Shown here one piece after another: positions 55,683-64,000 of a DNA stretch of 64,000 bases (positions are counted from its first letter, which is position 1; each line of letters starts with the position of its first letter). The notes below the pieces were generated by a model. That model did not search any database. It saw nothing but the letters and a program-made list of their open reading frames with translations, and was not told the origin of the DNA. The position numbers and the translations under genes are program-made. Source of the stretch: an uncultured Gammaproteobacteria bacterium (GTDB lineage Bacteria; Patescibacteriota; Microgenomatia; Daviesbacterales; UBA10151); assembly GCA_964396715.1 (NCBI GenBank), contig CAYNFQ010000001.1, forward strand, positions 117,873 to 181,872, written 5' to 3'.

Positions 55683-57082
55683 TATGGGCAATTCTTTTAT
55701 TGGGGTTAATATTAAGGCTGATCAGCTTAGATCAAAGCCTTTGGCTGGATGAGGCAATTAATGTTTTGGCAACCCAAAAGTATTCTTTTGCAGGCATGAT
55801 AACAGAATATGCCAAGGCTGATTTTCACCCACCCGGCTTTTTTATCATCTTGTGGTTTTGGACCAAACTTTTCGGATACTCTGAAATTGCTGTCAGGATT
55901 CCTTCGGTGATTTTTGGGGTGGTAACAATTGGGAGCATCTATTTAATCGGCAAAAAGCTGCATTCCCGAAAAGCAGGACTTATTGCCGCTTTGCTTTTAA
56001 GTATTAACCCCTTGCACATTTATTACAGCCAGGAAGCCAGGATGTATGCACTGGCTACTTTGGCAGTCTCGATAAATATGTTTTTAGTGATAAAATTTGT
56101 CAGAGAAGAAAAATTCAACTTAATTTTTTTGGCTATCAGTAATTTGGCAGTTTTGGCATCTGATTATGTTGCCTACTTTATTTTTCCCGCCCAAGCTTTT
56201 TTTCTGCTGATGATTGGGAAAAAGGAGATAATCAGGAAATGGACTATAGCGTTAGTTAGCGCCTTGGCTTTAGGTTTATGGTGGCTGCCGGTATTTTTGA
56301 ACCAGCTAAATGTCGGATCTATTGCATCTGCCAATTTACCGACCTGGAAATTTGTGGCGGGAGCTTTTGATTTTAAAACTTTGCCTCTCACCTTTGTAAA
56401 ATTTATCATCGGCAGAATAAATCTTTCTGATAAGCTTACTTATGCAGCAGTTTTATTGCCACTTTGCACTCTTTGGGGGTATCTCTTATTAAGAGGCGTT
56501 AAATCATGGAGTAATTCCTTGAGGAAATTACTTATTGTCTGGATTGTTATTCCCCTTGCATTAGCAACTCTTATTTCATTTGTAGTGCCTGTATACAATT
56601 ATTTTAGAGTTTTATATGTTTTACCTGCATTTATTATTTTGCTATCTTTGGGGATTTTGTCTTTTGAAAGCAAAAAAAAGTATATTTTTTTGAGCGCGGT
56701 GGTGTTAATAGAACTATTTTGCGCGCTGGTTTATTTATTAAATCCCGCATATCAGAGGGAAGACTGGAAGGGACTAGTTAATTATTTTGAAAACTTGGAT
56801 TCAATTATTTTATTTGAAAGTTCCGGGACGCTGCCCCCTTTTGATTATTATGCAAAGGGTAGATTGAAAGCAAAAGGAGCCTTAAAAGATTTTCCTATCA
56901 GAGATGAGAGGGGTGTTGTTGATTTGGAAGATGGTGAAAAAGATGTTTATCTTGTTGATTATTTGGTGCAAATAAGCGACCCCGACAGGTTGGTTGCCAA
57001 AAAACTCACAGGTTTAGGATACAATGTTTCTGATACAAAAGATTTCAGGGGAGTGGGATTTGTTTATCATTATACCAAGTAA
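55679..57082 (+). CDS. GT-C fold membrane glycosyltransferase, GT39 (ArnT/PMT-like, polyprenyl-phosphate-sugar dependent)
   Basis: LISLDQSLWLDEAI, DFHPPGFF, RIPSVIFG, YYSQEARMYA - canonical GT39/83 N-terminal motifs. Confidence 0.8.
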   Translation: MIWAILLLGLILRLISLDQSLWLDEAINVLATQKYSFAGMITEYAKADFHPPGFFIILWFWTKLFGYSEIAVRIPSVIFGVVTIGSIYLIGKKLHSRKAGLIAALLLSINPLHIYYSQEARMYALATLAVSINMFLVIKFVREEKFNLIFLAISNLAVLASDYVAYFIFPAQAFFLLMIGKKEIIRKWTIALVSALALGLWWLPVFLNQLNVGSIASANLPTWKFVAGAFDFKTLPLTFVKFIIGRINLSDKLTYAAVLLPLCTLWGYLLLRGVKSWSNSLRKLLIVWIVIPLALATLISFVVPVYNYFRVLYVLPAFIILLSLGILSFESKKKYIFLSAVVLIELFCALVYLLNPAYQREDWKGLVNYFENLDSIILFESSGTLPPFDYYAKGRLKAKGALKDFPIRDERGVVDLEDGEKDVYLVDYLVQISDPDRLVAKKLTGLGYNVSDTKDFRGVGFVYHYTK

Positions 57083-57085
57083 TCT

Positions 57086-58423
57086 ATGAGCAAATTAATG
57101 CTTATTTTGATAATCGCGGCACACTTGTCTGTTTTGTCCAAACTGATTTTTTTTCCTTACCCGGAATTTTTTGTTTATCCCTATTTAACCAATGCAGGCT
57201 TAAAACCATACAGCCAGATACTGGATCAACATTTTCCGGGGCTGATGTTTTTGCCCTTCAATTTTGATAATTTGGGGATGAATGATGAGATTGTTGCCAG
57301 AATGTGGTTGATGGCCCTTGTTATTATAACCCAGCTGTTAATTTTTTTTGTAAGCAGGGAAATATTCAAAAGCGAAAAAAAGGCTCTAGTTGTTAATTTG
57401 CTTTATTTAATTTGGCAGCCTTTTTTTGAAGGTTGGGTTCTTTGGATCGATACTTTTTTGCCATTAATTTTATTGCCAGCTTTTTATGCTTTGTATAAAG
57501 ATAAGATTTTTTTAACAGGACTTTTACTGGGAATGGGTATAGTTTTTAAACAGGTACTGATCCCGCTCTCGGGGTTGGTTTTAATTTATTTGATCTGGGA
57601 GATCAGGAAGATGAGGGTGATTGGGAGATATCTATTTGGCTTAAGTTTGCCTGTTATTTTAATGGTTACCTACTTTTTTTCAATAGGGGTCATAAAAGAT
57701 TTTTGGTATTGGACAATTGTTTTTAATCTGACAACTTTTGCACAGTATGGCAGAAAAGGGCCATTTTTTACAGGAGTTGCCAGAGTAGGTTTTGCCATTG
57801 CCGCCTCATGTGGGGTCTTTTTCTCAAAAGATAAAAGGATGGTTAAAACTCTGATTATTTTTGTTCTTGGATCACTGGCGGCGCTTTATGCCCGTTTTGA
57901 TTTTGTTCATTTTCAACCGGCATTGCCTTTTGTGTTGATTGCCACAGTTTTAGGATTTAGTGCAATATGGAAACAAAAATGGGCCCGATTGATACTAACA
58001 GGTTATCTTGTGGTGATTGTTTGGTGGTTATCAGTTTTTTACAGCGGGCATTTATCAAACAAGGTCATGTTTTTTGATGAGCACACCAAAGCAATTGCTC
58101 AAAAGATCAGACAATATACAAAAGAGGGAGATAAAATTTTTATTTTTGGGGCAGTGCCGCATCTTTACCAGATGACAAAAACAAAACCTGCTGGAGATGT
58201 ATTTGTTTTTCAATTCCCCTGGTTTGTCATGGTAACAGAGGAAAGACTACTTGAGGGTTTAAAAAAAGATCATCCGGAAATTGTGGTTTCGGACAGGACT
58301 GTTGCAATAGAAGGGCAAAAGATCACTGAATTTGGGAAAGGATTGGATGAATATATTCAGCAAAATTACCAAGCGGTTGACCAAGTAGGATCTACCCAAA
58401 TTTTGCGTAAATTTACCCACTAA
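57086..58423 (+). CDS. Polytopic membrane protein with C-terminal soluble domain; possible GT-C (GT87/DUF2029-like) transferase
   Basis: 445 aa, ~9-10 hydrophobic segments then hydrophilic ~110-aa tail; no firm motif. Confidence 0.45.
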   Translation: MSKLMLILIIAAHLSVLSKLIFFPYPEFFVYPYLTNAGLKPYSQILDQHFPGLMFLPFNFDNLGMNDEIVARMWLMALVIITQLLIFFVSREIFKSEKKALVVNLLYLIWQPFFEGWVLWIDTFLPLILLPAFYALYKDKIFLTGLLLGMGIVFKQVLIPLSGLVLIYLIWEIRKMRVIGRYLFGLSLPVILMVTYFFSIGVIKDFWYWTIVFNLTTFAQYGRKGPFFTGVARVGFAIAASCGVFFSKDKRMVKTLIIFVLGSLAALYARFDFVHFQPALPFVLIATVLGFSAIWKQKWARLILTGYLVVIVWWLSVFYSGHLSNKVMFFDEHTKAIAQKIRQYTKEGDKIFIFGAVPHLYQMTKTKPAGDVFVFQFPWFVMVTEERLLEGLKKDHPEIVVSDRTVAIEGQKITEFGKGLDEYIQQNYQAVDQVGSTQILRKFTH

Positions 58424-58441
58424 TCTGCTAGAATGTAGATT

Positions 58442-59464
58442 ATGAGAAAAATTAGAGTGGGAATGGATATCTCCCAGCTTGCCCACAAAGGCGGAGTGGC
58501 AATATATACGCAAAATTTAGCTTCAGAACTTGCTAAGATGAAAGATTTGGAAATGGTTTATTTCTATTCATCATTAAGGAAACCCTATAGGGGTAAGCTT
58601 AAAAATGTTAAGTCATACAGGCTTCCCCCGACCCTTTTTGAGATGTTGTTTAATAGGTGGAGAAATGTTTCCATTGAGAAATTTTTGGGACCTTTGGATG
58701 TATTGCACTCATCCGATTGGACCCAACCACCATCCAAGGCAAAAAAGGTGACAACTTATCATGATGTAATACCCATAAAATATCCCCAGTGGTCACATCC
58801 CAAGATAGTTTCGGTACACAAAAGAAGATTAAAAATTGTGGAGACTGAGATAGATTGTGTGATTGCAGTATCCGAGGCCACAAAAAAAGATTTGTTGACA
58901 GTTTCCAAAATACCGGAGGAAAAAATAATGGTGATTTATGAAGGCCCGACTGCAGATTTTAAACCGCAGTCTGAAGAAAAGACCGCACTGTTTAAAAAGA
59001 AATATCATCTGCCCCAAAATTTTGTCCTGGCAATTGGAGGGATAGGAGAGAGGAGAAATTTGGGAAGGATTAAACAGGCTGCTAAAGATTATCACCTGGT
59101 TATTGCAGGTCAAACTGTTCCCTGGCTTGATCTTGAAGAGCTGGAACTTTTGTATGCATCTGCGGATGTCTTACTTTATGTTTCTTTATATGAGGGATTC
59201 GGATTGCCAATCTTAGATTCATTTTCAGTTGGTGTGCCGGTTATCACCTCCAATGTTTCATCAATGCCGGAGGTTGGAGGAGCAGGGGCTTTATATGTTG
59301 ATCCCACTGATATTGAGGATATCAAAAAGACATTAAAAAATGTTTTAGAAGATCGTGCGTTGCGTGAGGATATGATTAAAAAAGGCTTTGAACAAATGAA
59401 AAAATTTTCCCGGGAAAAAGCTGCCAAGGAAACTGCCGGAGTTTATCGGAGGCTGATAGAGTGA
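58442..59464 (+). CDS. GT4 (GT-B) glycosyltransferase
   Basis: YEGFGLPILDSFSVGVPVITSNVSSMPEVGG. Confidence 0.8.
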   Translation: MRKIRVGMDISQLAHKGGVAIYTQNLASELAKMKDLEMVYFYSSLRKPYRGKLKNVKSYRLPPTLFEMLFNRWRNVSIEKFLGPLDVLHSSDWTQPPSKAKKVTTYHDVIPIKYPQWSHPKIVSVHKRRLKIVETEIDCVIAVSEATKKDLLTVSKIPEEKIMVIYEGPTADFKPQSEEKTALFKKKYHLPQNFVLAIGGIGERRNLGRIKQAAKDYHLVIAGQTVPWLDLEELELLYASADVLLYVSLYEGFGLPILDSFSVGVPVITSNVSSMPEVGGAGALYVDPTDIEDIKKTLKNVLEDRALREDMIKKGFEQMKKFSREKAAKETAGVYRRLIE

Positions 59465-60579
59465 AAATTTGGATAGATGGATATGAGGCAAATGTTTTAC
59501 AAAGATTGGGTTCTTCCCAGGTGGCTTTTGAACTATTGAAACAATTTGAGGATTTGGATCACGAAAATGACTATACAATTTTATTGCCCAGTCCCCCGCT
59601 GGGCGACCTGCCAAAAGAAAGAGTTGGGTGGAAATATAAAATACTTCGGCCCAAAAAGCTTTGGACCAGAATTGCTCTGCCACTAGCTCTTTATTTATCC
59701 AAAAACAAACCGGACGTGTTTTTCTCACCTACACATTATATTCCGCGGTTTTCTCCGGTGAAACGAGTTTGTACTATTTTTGATCTGTCATTTCTTCATT
59801 TTCCGGAAACTTTTACCAAAAAAGATCTCTGGCAGCTAAAAAACTGGACTCAATTTTCAGTCGAGAACGTGGAACATATTATTACCATATCTGACTCCTC
59901 AAAAAAGGATATAGTAGCGACCTATGGAGTGGATAACAATAAAGTGACTGTTGCCTACCCCGGGTTTAATGAAGAAATATTTCACTTAGTAGATGATCAG
60001 GCAAAGACTGACAAAGTCTTTAAAAAATATAAAATGAAGGATCCCTACATTATATATATAGGAACTGTCCAACCAAGGAAGAATATTGTTAGGTTAGTAG
60101 AAACAGTCTCAAGAGTTGAGGATTTAAAATTGGTAATTGTAGGTAAGATGGAGGGTGAGGGTAGAGGGGGGTGGATGTATACAGAGAGCTTGAATGCTCC
60201 TAAAAAATTTGAGATAGAGGGTAGAGTAAAGTTTTTGGGATTTGTCCCGACAGAGGATTTACCCTTTCTTTTATCTGGTGCAAAAGCTTTTATCCTGCCT
60301 TCTCTTTGGGAAGGCTTTGGGATCCCGGTTTTAGAGGCCATGGCTTGCGGAGTACCGGTTCTGGTTTCCAATGTTTCATCTTTGCCCGAAGTAGTTGGTG
60401 AGGTGGGATTAACTTTTGATCCATATTCAATTGATCAGATAGAACAGGCAATCAGGATAGTTTTGACAGACAGAAAGTTAAGACAAAAATTATCCAAAGC
60501 TGGACTGATACAAGCCCAAAAATTTTCCTGGGATAAAATGGCAAAAACCGTCTTAAAAGTTTTTGAAAACTTTGCTTGA
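59461..60579 (+). CDS. GT4 (GT-B) glycosyltransferase
   Basis: WEGFGIPVLEAMACGVPVLVSNVSSLPEVVG. Confidence 0.8.
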   Translation: MKIWIDGYEANVLQRLGSSQVAFELLKQFEDLDHENDYTILLPSPPLGDLPKERVGWKYKILRPKKLWTRIALPLALYLSKNKPDVFFSPTHYIPRFSPVKRVCTIFDLSFLHFPETFTKKDLWQLKNWTQFSVENVEHIITISDSSKKDIVATYGVDNNKVTVAYPGFNEEIFHLVDDQAKTDKVFKKYKMKDPYIIYIGTVQPRKNIVRLVETVSRVEDLKLVIVGKMEGEGRGGWMYTESLNAPKKFEIEGRVKFLGFVPTEDLPFLLSGAKAFILPSLWEGFGIPVLEAMACGVPVLVSNVSSLPEVVGEVGLTFDPYSIDQIEQAIRIVLTDRKLRQKLSKAGLIQAQKFSWDKMAKTVLKVFENFA

Positions 60580-60591
60580 AAGATTGAGCTC

Positions 60592-61209
60592 ATGTATAAT
60601 CTTTACATGAGTATTTTTACAGACAGGATGGGAAGGGGTTTAACGGCCGCGCAGGCTTTGGGGAAAATCCTGGGAAGGATTTATAATTGGGTTTTGGATA
60701 TTGAACTGCTTGTGGTGACCTGGGCAGGTTTGGTTCCCCTGCATTCATTTCGCCTTTTTATTTACTTTTTGGCTGGTATGAAGATAGGCAAAGATTCAAG
60801 GATTCATATTGGCGCCCGCTTTTTTTATCCGGCAAATATTACGATTGGAAATGGGACTATTATTGGAGATAACGCATTTTTGGATGGGAGGGATAAACTT
60901 ACTATTGGTGATCATGTGGATATTGCCTCGCAAGTTTTGATCTATAACAGTGAGCATGATATCAATTCAGATGACTTTCACGCGGTAAATGGGATTGTGG
61001 AGATTGGCGATTATGTTTTTATCGGTCCCAGGGTAATCATACTGCCGGGAGTAAAGATAGGCAGGGGAGCAGTTGTTGCGGCAGGAGCTGTGGTGACAAA
61101 AGATGTAGAAAATTTCGCCATAGTCGGAGGAGTGCCGGCAGAAGTGATAGGCGAACGAAAGATTCACAACTTACATTATCAGCTTGGGAGGGCACGCTTA
61201 TTCCAATGA
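60592..61209 (+). CDS. Hexapeptide-repeat (LbH) O-acetyltransferase, WcaF/WbbJ-like
   Basis: [59 protein letters not shown] hexapeptide repeats. Confidence 0.8.
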   Translation: MYNLYMSIFTDRMGRGLTAAQALGKILGRIYNWVLDIELLVVTWAGLVPLHSFRLFIYFLAGMKIGKDSRIHIGARFFYPANITIGNGTIIGDNAFLDGRDKLTIGDHVDIASQVLIYNSEHDINSDDFHAVNGIVEIGDYVFIGPRVIILPGVKIGRGAVVAAGAVVTKDVENFAIVGGVPAEVIGERKIHNLHYQLGRARLFQ

Positions 61210-61847
61210 AGAAATTTCCAATCTCTCGACTTCGCTCGAGACAGGTTTTCAATCTTGCCTGTCGGCAGACAGGTTTTCAATCTTGCCTGTCGGCAGACAG
61301 GTTTTCAATTTTTTTACTGTTCTCTTTTTTACTGTTTATTTATATGGTTTGGCCTTCACCTTCTGCCATAGCGGATTTTAAGTCTCTGCCAAATTCTCAA
61401 AAATCGCGCCTGGAGGGTGACACAATACAAATCCCCAATGTTGCCGCTTATTTTTCCAATCACTACCGTGAATTTGTGGTGCCTTTTTATGCAAAAAATT
61501 ACCGGTTAAAGGTGAATTTGCCAATTCCCCCGCTCAGATTAAATCACCCGCCCGAATTTTCCTGGATTACAATAAAAAAACATACGGATTCCACCTATCT
61601 TGAGGAGTTGGTTTATCCTTTAAGAGATTCGTTGTTTGTAAACGGATATGAGCCATTTTATCCTGATGGGTCACCTAAATTTTGGGGGTCAACAAAATTT
61701 GAGGTTGACGGAAATCTTTGGGAGACCAAAACTACCTTGAGGTTTTACCACTCGAGTATTTGGATCAGACTGCTTGTTTGGTTTGGAATAACTTTATCCA
61801 TTTTTCTGCTATATAAAATGACTAAAAAAATTATATTTAATAAATGA
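61206..61847 (+). CDS. Hypothetical bitopic membrane protein (N- and C-terminal TM segments, central extracytoplasmic domain); 5' coding region contains the 28-nt tandem repeat
   Basis: ATGA overlap with acetyltransferase stop; residues 12-36 encoded by the repeats in shifting frames; no family recognised. Confidence 0.45.
   Translation: MKKFPISRLRSRQVFNLACRQTGFQSCLSADRFSIFLLFSFLLFIYMVWPSPSAIADFKSLPNSQKSRLEGDTIQIPNVAAYFSNHYREFVVPFYAKNYRLKVNLPIPPLRLNHPPEFSWITIKKHTDSTYLEELVYPLRDSLFVNGYEPFYPDGSPKFWGSTKFEVDGNLWETKTTLRFYHSSIWIRLLVWFGITLSIFLLYKMTKKIIFNK
61240..61312. repeat. Tandem direct repeat, 28-nt unit gacaggttttcaatcttgcctgtcggca x2.6; adjacent units form hairpin CCTGTC-ggca-GACAGG
   Basis: Read directly; two perfect copies (61240-61267, 61268-61295) plus 17-nt partial third. 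Confidence 0.9.
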
Positions 61848-63256
61848 AAATATTTTTTTTTGAAAAACTACTTTTTTATTCGGTTGTATTTCTTTTTGTC
61901 TTTATCCCCTTATATCCGAAATTTCCGCTGTTTAATATTGCCGCTACATTTGTTGCTGTCAGGATAGAAGATTTAATTATTGCCGGCTTTTTATCCTTGT
62001 GGGTTATTTATATTGTCTTATCCGGTCGGATAAAAGAAGTATTATTAACCAAGCTGACTCTTGTCATGCTTCTATTTTTTGCAATTGGAGCACTATCTAC
62101 TTTTTCTGCAATTTTTTTAACACAAACTGTTATTTGGCATTTGTCTATACTGCATTTTTTAAGAAGGGTGGAGTTTATGTTACTGATGGTTGTTGTTGCC
62201 ACAATTGTTAAAAATAGCAAACAACTGGTTACAATTTTAATTAGTTTGGCATTTGTGTTACTTTTGGTTAATCTATATGCTTTGGGCCAGCAATTTTTGG
62301 ACTGGCCAGTTATTTCCACAACCAACTCCGAATTTTCCAAAGGCTTAATTTTGAGGCTTACTCCAGGTGCAAGAGTAAATTCAACCTTTGCCGGACATTA
62401 TGATCTGGCTGTATTTTTGGCCATGGCAATCACCATACTTACTACAATGTTTTTTGCCGTCAGAAAAACTTTGAAGATTGGGGTTTTCGGACTGGGAGCT
62501 TTATCAGGACTGGTTTTAATAATGACTGCCGCCAGGCTTTCTTTTGTCGCCGCATTTGTGGGAATAATTACTGCATTGCTTTTAACACGTCAGAAAAAGT
62601 ATATACTTTTTATCATTATTGCCGTCGGGCTAATTTTAATATACCCGTCGCAACTGAGAGATAGACTTTTCTCCACCATTACGGTTAATCTATTCCAGCA
62701 GGGGCAAAGATACGAGGGGAGAAGTGAAGATCAGCAGATCAGAAGCAAATTAAACATCCCCACTTTGGCAATAAAAACATCCTCTCAATCAGCAGAAACT
62801 TCCACATTTGCAAGCGACTCAGCTGCATTTGCAACAGATATTGCCCCCGGAGAGCCGGTTGATACCACTCAGCTGGGGGTTTACAGATCTTTTCAAATTA
62901 GGCTGCAGATCGAATGGCCCAGGGCAGTCAATGCTTTTTTGAAAAACCCCTTTTTGGGAACCGGTTATTCCTCGCAAGGATTGGCAACGGATAATGATTT
63001 TTTAAGGTCTCTGGCTGAGGTTGGACTTTTGGGTACGATTGCGTTTGGGTTAATTTTAGTGGAAGTTGGAAAAAGGATCTATTGTTGTTTTAGCAATGTA
63101 AGTAAAATAATACGCTATTTTTCTGCCGGGGTTTTTGCCATGATTATCACCTTTTTGGTCAACGGCTTATTTATTGATGTTTTTGAGGCTTCCAAGGTGG
63201 CGTCACTTTTTTGGATGACAGTAGGTTTAAGTTTGGCGGCATTGAAATTTAAATGA
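61844..63256 (+). CDS. O-antigen ligase/polymerase-like (Wzy_C-type) polytopic membrane protein
   Basis: 470 aa, ~12 TM with large Ser/Thr/Ala-rich extracytoplasmic loop (residues ~290-350), conserved His in loop before TM9. Confidence 0.5.
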   Translation: MKIFFFEKLLFYSVVFLFVFIPLYPKFPLFNIAATFVAVRIEDLIIAGFLSLWVIYIVLSGRIKEVLLTKLTLVMLLFFAIGALSTFSAIFLTQTVIWHLSILHFLRRVEFMLLMVVVATIVKNSKQLVTILISLAFVLLLVNLYALGQQFLDWPVISTTNSEFSKGLILRLTPGARVNSTFAGHYDLAVFLAMAITILTTMFFAVRKTLKIGVFGLGALSGLVLIMTAARLSFVAAFVGIITALLLTRQKKYILFIIIAVGLILIYPSQLRDRLFSTITVNLFQQGQRYEGRSEDQQIRSKLNIPTLAIKTSSQSAETSTFASDSAAFATDIAPGEPVDTTQLGVYRSFQIRLQIEWPRAVNAFLKNPFLGTGYSSQGLATDNDFLRSLAEVGLLGTIAFGLILVEVGKRIYCCFSNVSKIIRYFSAGVFAMIITFLVNGLFIDVFEASKVASLFWMTVGLSLAALKFK

Positions 63257-64000
63257 AATTTTTTAAAATTTTTAAAAACCCATATGTATATTTGGTTCTG
63301 ATTATACTGGCAGGATTTTTTGTCAGGCTTTATAGAATTGATGCGCCGATTGCTGACTGGCATTCCTGGAGGCAGGCTGATACAGCTGCTGTCACCAGAA
63401 ATTTTATTAAAGAGGGGTTTAACCCATTATTACCCAGATATGATGATATGTCGGCTAATGCTGAAACGCCTATTTCCAATCCAAACAGGTTTAGATTTGT
63501 GGAGTTTCCGTTTTACAATATTTTTGTTTATCCCTTTTATTTAATATTCGGAATTAGCGAGATGTACCATAGGTTGGTTTCCATTATTTTTTCTCTGGGG
63601 AGTGTTTTATTTCTTTATTTGATTGTGAAAAAGTATGCAGATCAGATAACAGCCTTAGTGTCTGCCTTTTTCTTTGCCTTACTTCCTTTTAATGTATTTT
63701 TCTCCAGAACTACTCTGCCCGAGCCGACATTTGTTTTCTTTGCCTTGGGGATGATCTATTTTGTGGACAGGTGGATTTGGGAAGGTAGGGGTATTTTGAG
63801 ACTTTGGGGATTTGTATTTGCTGCAACTTCATTTTTGATTAAGCCCTGGGCAATATTTTTTTATTTGCCGCTTTTTTACTCAGTTTTAAAAAAGAGCATC
63901 ACCCGTAAATTATTTCTACAATTTATGCTTTTTTCTGTCATTGTTTTGCTCCCTTTTATGTTATGGAGACTTTGGATTTTGCAGCAGCCGGAAGGGATAC
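63253..64000 (+). CDS. Partial (N-terminal ~249 aa) GT-C fold GT39 family glycosyltransferase, runs off window end
   Basis: Manual translation from ATG 63253 (ATGA overlap): RLYRIDAPIADWHSWRQADTAAVTRNF - hallmark of GT39 phospholipid-carrier-dependent glycosyltransferases; no stop before 64000. Confidence 0.7.
   Translation, partial: MKFFKIFKNPYVYLVLIILAGFFVRLYRIDAPIADWHSWRQADTAAVTRNFIKEGFNPLLPRYDDMSANAETPISNPNRFRFVEFPFYNIFVYPFYLIFGISEMYHRLVSIIFSLGSVLFLYLIVKKYADQITALVSAFFFALLPFNVFFSRTTLPEPTFVFFALGMIYFVDRWIWEGRGILRLWGFVFAATSFLIKPWAIFFYLPLFYSVLKKSITRKLFLQFMLFSVIVLLPFMLWRLWILQQPEGI

Noticed and set aside
61240-61312. Possible CRISPR array (28-nt direct repeats with hairpin)
   Set aside because: Repeats abut each other with no unique spacers; only 2.6 copies; lies inside a coding region; no cas genes nearby

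Overview
AT-rich (roughly one-third GC), very gene-dense bacterial DNA. Almost all of it is devoted to surface glycan and nucleotide-sugar biosynthesis and export. The style resembles uncultivated small-genome lineages such as the Candidate Phyla Radiation (CPR), but the sequence alone does not fix the taxon. Two blocks: (i) 1-20138, mostly minus strand, with three tandem paralogous polytopic membrane proteins and several nucleotide-sugar modification modules; (ii) 20189-64000, almost uninterrupted plus-strand coding with many 4-nt ATGA start/stop overlaps. The second block holds about 15 glycosyltransferases (GT2/GT4), a UDP-L-FucNAc-type module (CapE-like with Met-for-Tyr, a CapF split into SDR and cupin ORFs, WecB/CapG-like), a WbpB/WbpD/WbpE-like 2,3-diacetamido-sugar module, two formyltransferases (one frameshifted), an HxlB(PHI)-RPE-[nucleotidyltransferase::kinase fusion]-KdsC-like phosphatase module, a Wzx-like flippase, an O-antigen-ligase-like protein, three or four ArnT/PMT-like GT-C transferases partnered with DPM1/ArnC-like GT2 synthases, and a tandem array of four giant paralogous membrane proteins (717-1167 aa), two of which are each followed by a small membrane protein, with a 29-aa micro-ORF between the second small protein and giant 3. 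Heptanucleotide tandem repeats lie inside several coding regions, and a 28-nt palindromic tandem repeat sits in the 5' coding end of one gene with an inverted copy inside a GT2 gene; both suggest phase-variable contingency loci. No rRNA, tRNA, CRISPR array or classical transposase was recognised. Homology and family calls come from reading conserved motifs by eye; no searches were run.
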